A stretch of DNA of 64,000 bases. Source: a bacterium. GTDB taxonomy: Bacteria; Electryoneota; JAOADG01. The position numbers and the translations under genes are program-made. The notes under the pieces were generated by a model. That model had not been told where the DNA came from and searched no databases. It worked only from the letters and a program-made list of their open reading frames with translations. Positions 29,948 through 39,402 of the stretch are shown here, piece after piece. Position 1 is the first letter of the stretch. Each line of letters starts with the position of its first letter. The DNA is taken from the NCBI GenBank assembly GCA_963681965.1, contig OY820579.1:3840001-3904000 (forward strand), given 5' to 3'.

Positions 29948-31438
29948 GTGGCAGAAAAATTCCAGAACTTTATCGATGGCGAATGGTGTGATGCGAAATC
30001 CGGCAACACCTTCGAAAACCGCAATCCCGCCGACTGGTCCGACTTGATCGGAACCTTCCCGAAGAGTAGCGCCGAAGAAGTCGACCGTGCCATCACCGCC
30101 GCCAAGCGCGCATTCAACGAATGGCGTCTGATGCCGGCACCGGCACGCGGCAATATTCTGAAAAAAGTCGGCGACCTCATGACCGAACGGAAAGAGTTCC
30201 TCGCCCGCGAAATGACCCGCGAAATGGGTAAAGTGTTGAAGGAAACCCGCGGCGACGTGCAGGAAGGGATCGATACCGCCTACTATGCCGCCAGCGAAAC
30301 CCGCCGTCTGTTCGGTCTCAATGCCCCCTCCGAATTGCCGAACAAATACAATCTGTCGATGCGACAGCCGCTTGGCGTCGTCGGTGTCATCACCCCCTGG
30401 AATTTCCCGATGGCAATTCCGACCTGGAAAATTTTCCCGGCATTGGCATGCGGTAACACCGTCGTGTTCAAGCCCGCATCCGATACGCCGCGCACTGCGA
30501 CTGAACTAGTGAAGATTCTCGCCGAAGCCGGTGTGCCGAAAGGCGTGATCAATATCGTCCACGGCGGCGGTTCAGTAGTCGGTAATGCGATCGTGAACGA
30601 TCCGCGCGTCGCCGCAATCACCTTTACCGGTGGCAGCGATGTCGGCAAGAGCATCAACGAGAAAGCCGGCAAGACGCTCAAGCGCGTATCGCTCGAGCTC
30701 GGCGGCAAGAACGCCGTGATCGTGATGAATGACGCCGATCTCGACCTCGCACTCGAAGCCGTGCTGTGGGGTGCGTTCGGTACGACCGGACAGCGTTGCA
30801 CCGCGACCTCGCGGGTGATCATTCAGTCGGGCGTGCACGACAAATTCCTCAAGATGGTGGTCGATGCGGCGAACAAACTGAAGCTCGGCAATGGTCTCGA
30901 CGAGAGCAATCAGGTCGGTCCGTGTGTCAGCGAAGCGCAGCGCGAATCGGTTCATGCCTATACCTTGATCGGTTTGAACGAAGATAAGGCGAAGCTCGAA
31001 TGCGGCGGCGAAGCGGCGCTCGGCGGCGATTTGGACAAGGGTTGGTTCTACAAACCGACGATTTTCTCCGGCATCAAACCGGGTATGCGACTCGAGCAGG
31101 AAGAAGTGTTCGGACCGGTATTGTCCGTGATCAAATCGGAAACATTGGAAGAGTCGATCAAGATTCTGAATGACACCGTGTACGGTCTGTCCAGCTCGAT
31201 TTTCACGCGCGACGTGAATGCGGCGATGACGGCGATCCGCGATATCGAAGCGGGGATTGTGTACATCAACGGCGCTACGATCGGTGCCGAAGCGCACATG
31301 CCGTTCGGCGGCGTGAAGGAAACCGGCAATGGTCACCGTGAAGGTGGCTGGACGGTATACGACTTCTTCTCCGAGTGGAAGACCGTGTATATCGATTTCT
31401 CCGGCAAACTGCAGAAGGCGCAGATCGATAACAACTAG
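29948..31438 (+). CDS. NAD(P)-dependent aldehyde dehydrogenase family protein (496 aa, GTG start)
   Basis: ITPWNFP, KPAS, FTGG, LELGGKN (catalytic Glu), GQRCTA (catalytic Cys), EEVFGP, PFGG.K.TG; AAGGAG RBS. Confidence 0.95.
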   Translation: MAEKFQNFIDGEWCDAKSGNTFENRNPADWSDLIGTFPKSSAEEVDRAITAAKRAFNEWRLMPAPARGNILKKVGDLMTERKEFLAREMTREMGKVLKETRGDVQEGIDTAYYAASETRRLFGLNAPSELPNKYNLSMRQPLGVVGVITPWNFPMAIPTWKIFPALACGNTVVFKPASDTPRTATELVKILAEAGVPKGVINIVHGGGSVVGNAIVNDPRVAAITFTGGSDVGKSINEKAGKTLKRVSLELGGKNAVIVMNDADLDLALEAVLWGAFGTTGQRCTATSRVIIQSGVHDKFLKMVVDAANKLKLGNGLDESNQVGPCVSEAQRESVHAYTLIGLNEDKAKLECGGEAALGGDLDKGWFYKPTIFSGIKPGMRLEQEEVFGPVLSVIKSETLEESIKILNDTVYGLSSSIFTRDVNAAMTAIRDIEAGIVYINGATIGAEAHMPFGGVKETGNGHREGGWTVYDFFSEWKTVYIDFSGKLQKAQIDNN

Positions 31439-31477
31439 GTGGTAGGTTGTAGGTCGTAGGTTTTAGGTGGTAAAATG

Positions 31478-31510
31478 ACCCCCCGCTTCGGATAGAGGCG
31501 GGGGGTTTTT
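31478..31510 (+). terminator. Rho-independent terminator
   Basis: ACCCCCCGCTTC...GAGGCGGGGGGTTTTT. Confidence 0.8.
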
Positions 31511-32422
31511 GATTTATTTTTGTTTCGATATTCCGACTCTGAATTGTATCGCGACGACAGATCTAGAAACGGGATAGTTATATACTCGCAAAGCTACACC
31601 AATTTGTCGTTGCGAGGAACGAAGGGCGTCCGCCGGCTGGCGGATGCGACCGAAGTGACGAAGCAATCTATTTTTTCATAAAACGACAAATCAAGATAAA
31701 AAAGATACCAGAAGATTACCTTCGGTGAGCCCTTAGGGGTTGCTTCGTCTCTTCGCTACGGAAGTGCTGCGCACGTTCCTACGCTGCGTTCCTCGCAACG
31801 ATAGAACAGGATACAGGATTTTAAAAAAAAAGATACCCGAAGATTGCTTCGTCATTCCACTTCGTAAATGCTCCGCATGTTACTTCGTTCCATTCCTCGC
31901 AACGACAGATCAGGATACAAGATATAAAAAGATACACAAGATTACCTTCGGTGAGCCCTTCGGGGTTGCTTCGTCTCTTCGCTACGGAAGTGCTGCGCAC
32001 GTTCCTACGCTGCGTTCCTCGCAACGACAGAACAGGATACAGGATTTTAAAAAAAAAGATACCCGAAGATTGCTTCGTCATTCCACTTCGTAAATGCTTC
32101 GCATATTACTTCGTTCCATTCCTCGCAACGACAAATCAAGATAAATGATAAAAAAAAGAACGGGCGCCCGCGGGGAGACGCCCCTACTGGCGTATAGTTT
32201 TCGCAACGACAAATCACGATATCAGACGAACATGAAAGAGAAAACCGAGCGGGAGGTCCCAGAGGGCCTCCCCTACTAAAGAATACCGAACGGGAGGGCG
32301 TGGGAGCCCTCCCCTACTTTGATAATGATGGATGCATGACTTGCCGCGGTAAAAAAAATCGACTACTGCGATTGTGTCTAAGTATAGCGGAACTCAAGAG
32401 ATGGGTCATCCGTTACAGAGCT

Positions 32423-32459
32423 ATCGACTGCGCGGGTTGGCGAAGATCGCACGCCAGTT
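32423..32459 (+). ncRNA. Candidate cis-regulatory RNA (pseudoknot; possibly sul1-motif-like) in the zf-TFIIB leader; second copy at 34255-34291
   Basis: ATCGACTGCGCGGGTTGGCGAAGATCGCACGCCAGTT: TGGCG/CGCCA stem, and loop CGCA can pair with upstream TGCG. Family name is from recollection only. Confidence 0.35.
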
Positions 32460-32479
32460 GGTTTTGATGGAGCTGAAAA

Positions 32480-32788
32480 ATGGATTGTCCACGCTGTACC
32501 AATGTCAACCTGGTCGTATCGGATCGCGCCGGAATCGAAATCGACTATTGCCCCACCTGCCGCGGAATCTGGCTGGATCGCGGCGAATTGGATAAAATTA
32601 TCGAACGGTCTCAGAGTTATGCCGCCATGGCACCGACCGCGGTAAATCATCCGCCTTCGCGCGAAGACTACCGCTACGAGGAACACGGTCACGATAAGCA
32701 TCGCGATCACGATTCACACGGATATTCCGGTCACGATTCGTACAAACACGGTCGTCGCAAATCGTGGCTGCAGGAACTGTTCGACTAA
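32480..32788 (+). CDS. zf-TFIIB zinc-ribbon protein with His-rich tail, copy 1
   Basis: CPRC...GIEIDYCPTCRGIWLDRGELDKII...RRKSWLQELFD; GGAG RBS. Confidence 0.9.
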   Translation: MDCPRCTNVNLVVSDRAGIEIDYCPTCRGIWLDRGELDKIIERSQSYAAMAPTAVNHPPSREDYRYEEHGHDKHRDHDSHGYSGHDSYKHGRRKSWLQELFD

Positions 32789-32817
32789 CCGATCCAATCG
32801 CTGTGGAAATTGAAATG

Positions 32818-32843
32818 AGGTGGATGAAAATCCACCTTTTTTT
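32818..32843 (+). terminator. Rho-independent terminator (duplicate at 34650-34675)
   Basis: AGGTGGAT-GAAA-ATCCACCTTTTTTT. Confidence 0.85.
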
Positions 32844-33429
32844 CGTATGGGCGTATGGCATACGCCCTTTTCCGATCAAGATGCTCATATCAAAAAAAGT
32901 AGGTTGCCACACTTCGCCAGCCTTTGGTTGTCTTCGTTCGCAACGACAGATCAGGATACAGGAATTAAGAGATACCCGAAGATTACCTTCAGTGAGCCCT
33001 TCGGGGTTGCTTCGTCTCTTCGCTACGGAAGTGCTGCGCACGTTCCTACGCTGCGTTCCTCGCAACGACAGAACAGGATACAGGATTTAAAAAAAAAAGA
33101 TACCCGAAGATTGCTTCGTTATTCCACTTCGTAAATGCTTCGCATGTTACTTCGTTCCATTCCTCGCAACGACAAATCAAGATAAATGATAAAAAAAAGA
33201 ACGGGCGCCCGCAGGGAGGCGCCCCTACTGTTGCAAAGTTGGCGCAACGACAAATCAGGATACAAGACACCGGATTTAAAGCATTAACCACGGAGAGCAT
33301 CTACGAAGGAACAATAAGACGCAAAGTGGCACCAACTTGTCGTTGCGAGGAATGAAGCGAAGGATCGTCAGCCACAGGATGACAGCCGTAGCGAAGAGAC
33401 GAAGCAATCTTCAGGTAATCTTTATTATT

Positions 33430-33459
33430 ATTGCATACAGAACCACTATGCAATATAAT
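33430..33459 (+). promoter_or_regulatory. sigma70 promoter of the GIY-YIG gene with overlapping inverted repeat; probably a leaderless transcript
   Basis: TTGCAT-17 bp-TATAAT ending 6 nt before ATG 33466; ATTGCATA-N9-TATGCAAT spans the spacer. Confidence 0.7.
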
Positions 33460-33465
33460 AAAATC

Positions 33466-33756
33466 ATGAAAACGTATTATGTCTACTTCATCACCAATCA
33501 TACGAACACAGTCCTCTATGTCGGTGTGACCAGCAACCTCGCACGTCGCTTGCAGGAGCATCGATTAGGCGTTGCAATGGGGTTTTCAAAGCGGTACCGA
33601 TTGACAAAGTTGGTCTATGTCGAGCAGACGACTGATCCGTCAGCGGCAATTGCGCGCGAGAAAACGATTAAAGGATACTCCCGGGCGCGGAAAGACGAAT
33701 TGGTGAATGCACAGAATCCAGAATGGAAAGATATCTCGGATCAGATTCCACTGTAG
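33466..33756 (+). CDS. Small GIY-YIG nuclease family protein (UPF0213-like), 96 aa
   Basis: YYVYFITN...VLYVGVTSNL.RR..EH....GFSKRY..TKLVY.E......AIAREK.IK...R..K..L....NPEW.D. Confidence 0.9.
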   Translation: MKTYYVYFITNHTNTVLYVGVTSNLARRLQEHRLGVAMGFSKRYRLTKLVYVEQTTDPSAAIAREKTIKGYSRARKDELVNAQNPEWKDISDQIPL

Positions 33757-34311
33757 AAAAACGATACCCGAAGATTACCTTCGGTGAGCCCTTCGGGGTT
33801 GCTTCGTCTCTTCGCTACGGAAGTGCTGCGCACGTTCCTACGCTGCGTTCCTCGCAACGACAGATCAGGATACAGGATAAAAAAAAAAGGATACCCGAAG
33901 ATTGCTTCGTCATTCCACTTCGTAAATGCTTCGCATGTTACTTCGTTCCATTCCTCGCAACGACAAATCAAGATAAATGATAAAAAAAAGAACGGGCGCC
34001 CGCAGGGAGGCGCCCCTACTGTTGCAAAGTTTTCGCAACGACAAATCACGATATCAGACGAACATGAAAGAGAAAACCGAGCGGGAGGTCCCAGAGGACC
34101 TCCCCTACTAAAGAATACCGAACGGGAGGGCGTGGGAGCCCTCCCCTACTTTGATAATGATGGATGCATGACTTGCCGCGGTAAAAAAAATCGACTACTG
34201 CGATTGTGTCTAAGTATAGCGGAACTCAAGAGATGGGTCATCCGTTACAAATCTATCGACTGCGCGGGTTGGCGAAGATCGCACGCCAGTTGGTTTTGAT
34301 GGAGCTGAAAA

Positions 34312-34620
34312 ATGGATTGTCCACGCTGTACCAATGTCAACCTGGTCGTATCGGATCGCGCCGGAATCGAAATCGACTATTGCCCCACCTGCCGCGGAAT
34401 CTGGCTGGATCGCGGCGAATTGGATAAAATTATCGAACGGTCTCAGAGTTATGCCGCCATGGCACCGACCGCGGTAAATCATCCGCCTTCGCGCGAAGAC
34501 TACCGCTACGAGGAACACGGTCACGATAAGCATCGCGATCACGATTCACACGGATATTCCGGTCACGATTCGTACAAACACGGTCGTCGCAAATCATGGC
34601 TGCAGGAGTTGTTCGACTAG
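34312..34620 (+). CDS. zf-TFIIB zinc-ribbon protein, copy 2 (identical protein)
   Basis: Same 102-aa translation as 32480-32788, offset by 1832 bp. Confidence 0.9.
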   Translation: MDCPRCTNVNLVVSDRAGIEIDYCPTCRGIWLDRGELDKIIERSQSYAAMAPTAVNHPPSREDYRYEEHGHDKHRDHDSHGYSGHDSYKHGRRKSWLQELFD

Positions 34621-35650
34621 TCGATCCAATCGCTGTGGAAATTGAAATGAGGTGGATGAAAATCCACCTTTTTTTCGTATGGGCAAATCAGGATACAGGA
34701 GATAAAAAGATACAATCATAATAGCTTCACAAATTTGTCGTTGCGAGGAACGAAGGGCGCAACCGTGTGCGCCCGAAGAGACGAAGCAATCTATTTTTTT
34801 CATGAAACGACAAATCAAGATAAAAAAAGATACCCGAAGATTGCTTCGTCTCTTCGCTGCGGAAGTGCTACGCACGTTCCTACGCTGCGTTCCTCGCAAC
34901 GACAGAACAGGATATAAGATATAAGATACCCGAAGATTACTTTCGGTGAGCCCTTAGGGGTTGCTTCGTCTCTTCGCTACGGAAGTGCTGCGCACGTTCC
35001 TACGCTGCGTTCCTCGCAACGACAAATCAAGATAAATGATAAAAAAAAGAACGGGCGCCCGCGGGGAGGCGCCCCTACTGGCGTATAGTTTTCGCAACGA
35101 CAAATCAGGATAAAAGATGATGGCGACTCTAAAGAGCCACCTCCAGTCGTAGGGGCGTATGGCATACGCCCTTTTCCGATCAAGATGCTCATATCAAAAA
35201 AAAGTAGGTTGCCACACTTCGCCAGCCTTTGGTTGTCTTCGTTCGCAACGACAGAACAGGATACAGGACATAAAAGATACCTGAAGATTACCTTCGGTGA
35301 GCCCTTAGGGGTTGCTTCGTCTCTTCGCTACGGAAGTGCTGCGCACGTTCCTACGCTGCGTTCCTCGCAACGACGAATCAAGATAAATGATAAAAAAAAG
35401 ATCGGGCGCCCGCAGAGAGGCGCCCCTACTTCCGAAATGTTTACCCAACGACAGATCAGGATATAGGAATAGGGCGGCACTAAAGTGCTACCTCCGATCG
35501 AACAAGCGAACAGCTCTTCGCGCTGAAAGACAATCGCAGGCTCGGAGGTCTGCGCCACCGAAAAGATGGGGATTGGGTGGTAGGTGTTGGGCAGTTGGAA
35601 AAAGATGAGTTGCGGCAAAATTTGGAATCGCCAGAGGGATTCACTTATCT

Positions 35651-35682
35651 TATATCTAACTGATATATATCACTCTGATAGA
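35651..35682. promoter_or_regulatory. Tandem palindromic operator candidates upstream of padR
   Basis: TATATC-N5-GATATA (35651-35667) overlapping TATATC-N5-GATAGA (35666-35682), next to the RBS. Confidence 0.6.
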
Positions 35683-35689
35683 GGTCAAG

Positions 35690-36262
35690 ATGAAACGCGA
35701 GAATATGACCCGATTCGCAATCCTCGGTTTGATATCGAAACAACCGATGAGCGGTTTCGATATCAAGAAAGCCGTCGATCAAGGGATCGGCTATTTCTGG
35801 AACGAGAGCTACGGTCAACTCTACCCCATCCTCAAGACACTCGCCGCCGAAGGATTGGTCGAGATGGCGATCGAACAGACCAGCGGGAAACCGGATCGTC
35901 ACGTCTACTCGATCACTTCTACCGGCTTGCAAGAATTGCGCTCATGGCTGATGCGACCGGTGGAAGCGCAACGTGTTCGCAATACGCTGCTGCTGCGACT
36001 GTTCTTCGGCGACAATGTGCCGACCACTGTCAGTATCCAACAAATCGAAGGAGTGTGCAATTTCAGTCGCGGATTACTCGCACAATTCGAGCAGCTGGAA
36101 CCGATCTTCAAACAACGTCCCGCATTCGAATACATCACCCTGATGTTCGGAATGACCTACCACAAAACCATTGTGGAATGGGGCGAGCAGGCGATTCAAC
36201 TATTGCAGCAACAACCATCGACAAAGTCGAACAAGAAACAGCGATCAGGACGAAAATCATGA
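35690..36262 (+). CDS. PadR-family regulator with C-terminal virulence-activator-alpha-like domain
   Basis: AILGLI...PMSGFDI......YFWNES.GQLYP.LK.L..EG.....GKPDR.VYSIT..G...L..W......LLRLFF. Confidence 0.9.
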   Translation: MKRENMTRFAILGLISKQPMSGFDIKKAVDQGIGYFWNESYGQLYPILKTLAAEGLVEMAIEQTSGKPDRHVYSITSTGLQELRSWLMRPVEAQRVRNTLLLRLFFGDNVPTTVSIQQIEGVCNFSRGLLAQFEQLEPIFKQRPAFEYITLMFGMTYHKTIVEWGEQAIQLLQQQPSTKSNKKQRSGRKS

Positions 36263-38589
36263 AGTGGAAGATTCTTTTGAACACAATTCTAGTGTTCGCA
36301 TTCGCAATTGGCGCAGAATCCGGATATACCGCACCGACCGGAAGTCTGCATGGCACGGTCCAAGACCGTCAGACACTGGAAGCGATTCCCGGTGTGACAG
36401 TGCTAGTAATCGATGCGAAAACCGGCGCAAAAGCCGATACCGATGGGAAATTTTCCATCGCAGATATCCCCGTCGGCGTGTGGAGTGTTCGGATCAGCGC
36501 AATCGGTTACGAGACCATGATCCGCAGCGATCTTCAGATCTCAGCGGGACGCAACGCCTTTCTCGCGGTACAACTGGAACCGAAAGCACAGCAGGCAGCC
36601 GAGATGACGGTCGTAGCAGACCAATTTCAACAGGCGCCGGAAATGACGACATCGAGCCAGCGGATGTCGCAAGAGGAGATTCGCCGTGCACCGGGTGGTC
36701 GCGAAGATGTGACCCGCGCCTTAAAAATTATTCCCGGTGTACAGAGTAGTGTCGACGAGCGCAACGATTTGATCGTGCGCGGTGGTTCGCCGTCGGAAGT
36801 GTTGTTCCGGATCGATGGGATCGAATTCTCGAATCCGACGCACTTCGGTACGCAAGGGTCGTCGGGTGGTATCTTCTCGATGCTGAATAACGATTTCATT
36901 CAGGATGTGAACTTTCTCACCGGCGGTTTTCCGGCACGGTTCGGCGACAAGAGTTCGGCAGTGGTGGATGTGGCGTATCGCGAAGGGAGTCCTAAATTCA
37001 CCGGGAATGCGTATTTCGGATTTGGCGGTGCCGGTTTCAGTATGGAAGGACCACTCGATGCGGAAAAGAAAGGCTCTTATCTGTTCAGTGTGCGCCGGAG
37101 TTATTTCGATGCCGTGGTGAAGTCGATGGATTATGGTGCCGTTCCTACGCTGGCGGATCTGCAGTTTAAAATCGCTTATGCGTTGACGCCGCTCGATCGT
37201 TTGGTCGTGTTGGGAATCGGCGGGACATCGCGAATTCATTACGAACAGAAGATGTCGAACACCAAAGAGCCGGGTACCGATATGATTGAAAGCGGCAACG
37301 AGAGCGGTGTTGCCGGGATTAGTCTCACGCATTTGATTCCCAAATTGGGATTCACGCGAATCATCGTCTCGCACGATCGGGGACGGTATACCAATCGGAT
37401 CGATACGGTCGAGTCGATTGCGAATCCGGTATATCACAGGAGTTTCTACAACAATTCGCAGGAGAGTCAGACGGAGCTTCGGAACGAATGGAATCTCCGG
37501 TTGAACGAGAAGGTGGAATGGAATAGCGGGATTCAATTCAAACGTCTTTATGATCATCTCAATTACGAGCAGTTCGAACGGACCGTGTCGGAAGCGGTTC
37601 CACCGTTGCCGGATGTGGTTTCGTATCGCTCGACCGACCGGATCGATTGGTCGAATAAAATGGGGGTGTATTCCGCATTCACTTTGCAACCGCGGTTGGA
37701 GTGGGTTGTCAATATCGGCGGTCGATTCGATTATTTTCAGGCGACGAAGCAACAGGAATTTTCGCCGCGCCTCAGTTTGAGTTATCGACCGACCGGACAT
37801 TCGCGAATCACCGCATCCTACGGCATTTTCCAGCAAACGCCTCCGTTGGTCTTGATTGGTTCGAATCCGGAAAACTGCAAGTTGCAGAATATTCGCGCGG
37901 AACATTATGTGCTGGGTTTCGAACAGATTTTCGATGGATCGACGAAATTCTCGATCGAGACTTATCACAAGCAATATACGCACGTTCCGACCTATCGCGA
38001 CGAGAAACAGTGGGTGAGTCTGTTGTCGATGGGCGATGAATTCGAGGGGATGTATTCGTTCGATGCACTGGTCTCGAAGGGCACCGGACGGAGCGATGGA
38101 ATCGAAGTGATGGTGCAGAAGAAAGCGATGCAGGGTTTCTACGGGATTGTGTCCGGCACCTATTCGCGGACATTTTTCACACCATTCGACGGGAAAGAAC
38201 GACCGAGTAAATTCGACAATCCCTTGCTGTTCCAAATTGTCGGTGGTTGGAAACCGAATGCGAAACACGAACTGAGTGCGAAGTGGACCTATGCGAGTGG
38301 CGCGCCGTATACGCCGATCGACGAAGTTGCTTCGGCGCGATTGAATTACGAGATCAGCGACACCAGCCGGATCAATGCTGTCAGACAGCCGCCGTATCAC
38401 CGGCTCGACGTACGGTACGATTACCGTACTTTCTTCACGGGATGGAATCTCGTGAGTTGGATTTCACTCGAAAATGTGTATGATCGTCAAAATCTGCAAG
38501 CGAAATTGTGGAACCGCAAGAACGGGAAATTGGAGAACAAATATCAGATGGGAATCTTGCCGGTATTCGGTGTGACGGTAGAATGGTAA
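36259..38589 (+). CDS. TonB-dependent receptor with N-terminal carboxypeptidase-regulatory-like domain (776 aa)
   Basis: Start at 36259 overlaps the padR stop; plug motifs IPGV....D.RNDLIVRGG.P.E, GGFPA.FGD..S.V; barrel YHRLDVR.DY, ENVY; C-terminal aromatic residue (VEW). Confidence 0.9.
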   Translation: MKWKILLNTILVFAFAIGAESGYTAPTGSLHGTVQDRQTLEAIPGVTVLVIDAKTGAKADTDGKFSIADIPVGVWSVRISAIGYETMIRSDLQISAGRNAFLAVQLEPKAQQAAEMTVVADQFQQAPEMTTSSQRMSQEEIRRAPGGREDVTRALKIIPGVQSSVDERNDLIVRGGSPSEVLFRIDGIEFSNPTHFGTQGSSGGIFSMLNNDFIQDVNFLTGGFPARFGDKSSAVVDVAYREGSPKFTGNAYFGFGGAGFSMEGPLDAEKKGSYLFSVRRSYFDAVVKSMDYGAVPTLADLQFKIAYALTPLDRLVVLGIGGTSRIHYEQKMSNTKEPGTDMIESGNESGVAGISLTHLIPKLGFTRIIVSHDRGRYTNRIDTVESIANPVYHRSFYNNSQESQTELRNEWNLRLNEKVEWNSGIQFKRLYDHLNYEQFERTVSEAVPPLPDVVSYRSTDRIDWSNKMGVYSAFTLQPRLEWVVNIGGRFDYFQATKQQEFSPRLSLSYRPTGHSRITASYGIFQQTPPLVLIGSNPENCKLQNIRAEHYVLGFEQIFDGSTKFSIETYHKQYTHVPTYRDEKQWVSLLSMGDEFEGMYSFDALVSKGTGRSDGIEVMVQKKAMQGFYGIVSGTYSRTFFTPFDGKERPSKFDNPLLFQIVGGWKPNAKHELSAKWTYASGAPYTPIDEVASARLNYEISDTSRINAVRQPPYHRLDVRYDYRTFFTGWNLVSWISLENVYDRQNLQAKLWNRKNGKLENKYQMGILPVFGVTVEW

Positions 38590-38831
38590 TTATTGACACA
38601 AAGTCTTAACTCACTGAGTTATTGAATGTTAATCATTTGGTATTCTTCACAAATTCTTTTCGAATGGTTCGATTCATCGATTTGAAATTTGATTAGTTAC
38701 AAACATCGGATGCTTCGATCATTCTTGATTGATGACGGTAGTGCAAGACTTTGTAAAGAAAGTGAATAATTACACTTGATCTCTTGGAACAATTACTCGA
38801 TATAAGACTAACGTGACTTAACTGGGAGATC

Positions 38832-39383
38832 ATGATGGCACAATTTGTAGCGTTACAGCAGAATGTCGAAGTCAATGGGCAAACCGTTTTATCCGTCGTG
38901 AATGGGATGGGTGCATTTGAGTTTGCTGCGAAACAGTTATTGAAAAAGAACGGAATTCCCGATCCTCAACCGGACAACTGGTATCTCCAACAAGCTTGGT
39001 TGGACGCATTCAAGGAAATTCACGATAAGTTAGGCGCGAATACCCTGTTTCAGATCGGTTTGAAAATTCCTCAAAGTGCGAAGTTCCCTCCGGAAATCGA
39101 TGACATCGAGAAGGCGTTGTCGGCAATCGATATTGCATATCATATGAATCATCGCAATGGCGAGATCGGTCATTATAATTATTCCAAAGTGACAGCCGAA
39201 TCGGCAAAGATGGTATGCAACAATCCTTACCCGTGCGATTTCGATCGCGGAATTATTGCCGCAATGGCACAACGCTTCAAACCGACGGGATCGGATGTAA
39301 TGTTAATGCATGACGATACCGCACCTTGCCGGAAAAAAGGCGGCGATTCGTGTACATATCATATCGCATGGAAAAATTTGTAA
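38832..39383 (+). CDS. Stand-alone V4R-like ligand-binding protein
   Basis: Y..NH..GEIG.Y, NPYPCDFD.GII, H....CRKKG..SC.Y...W Cys/His pattern. Confidence 0.65.
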   Translation: MMAQFVALQQNVEVNGQTVLSVVNGMGAFEFAAKQLLKKNGIPDPQPDNWYLQQAWLDAFKEIHDKLGANTLFQIGLKIPQSAKFPPEIDDIEKALSAIDIAYHMNHRNGEIGHYNYSKVTAESAKMVCNNPYPCDFDRGIIAAMAQRFKPTGSDVMLMHDDTAPCRKKGGDSCTYHIAWKNL

Positions 39384-39402
39384 TGCTACGAGACGAGTAG
39401 AG

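Larger units (their letters stand above)
31605..35460. repeat. Dense array of GATT(G/A)C...TTCCTCGCAACGACA palindromic elements mixed with GTAG REPs; includes a ~0.9-kb duplication
   Basis: About 15 copies ending TCGCAACGACA, plus three in the inverse orientation (31605, 33338, 34736); ~31935-32851 is repeated at ~33768-34683. Confidence 0.9.

Noticed and set aside
30572-31336. 254-aa antisense ORF
   Set aside because: A shadow of the strongly codon-biased aldehyde dehydrogenase gene.
32396-32475. Fluoride (crcB) riboswitch upstream of zf-TFIIB
   Set aside because: GAGATGG is present but the matching 3' GCTGATGAC-type element and stem are not.
31714-35375. CRISPR-like interpretation of the alternating repeats
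   Set aside because: The inner segments recur as a few fixed types with irregular spacing; no unique spacers, leader or cas genes.
31740-35618. Many short ORFs such as MLRLFATEVLRTFLRCVPRND
   Set aside because: These are translations of the repeats, with no RBS or domain support; the same applies to ORFs in the other REP clusters.
35584-36258. 1001-aa version of the TonB receptor ORF
   Set aside because: The extension overlaps padR in another frame; the signal peptide and ATGA coupling place the start at 36259.
36721-38400. 559-aa antisense ORF
   Set aside because: It lies in register opposite the TonB receptor and has no recognisable motifs; a shadow ORF.
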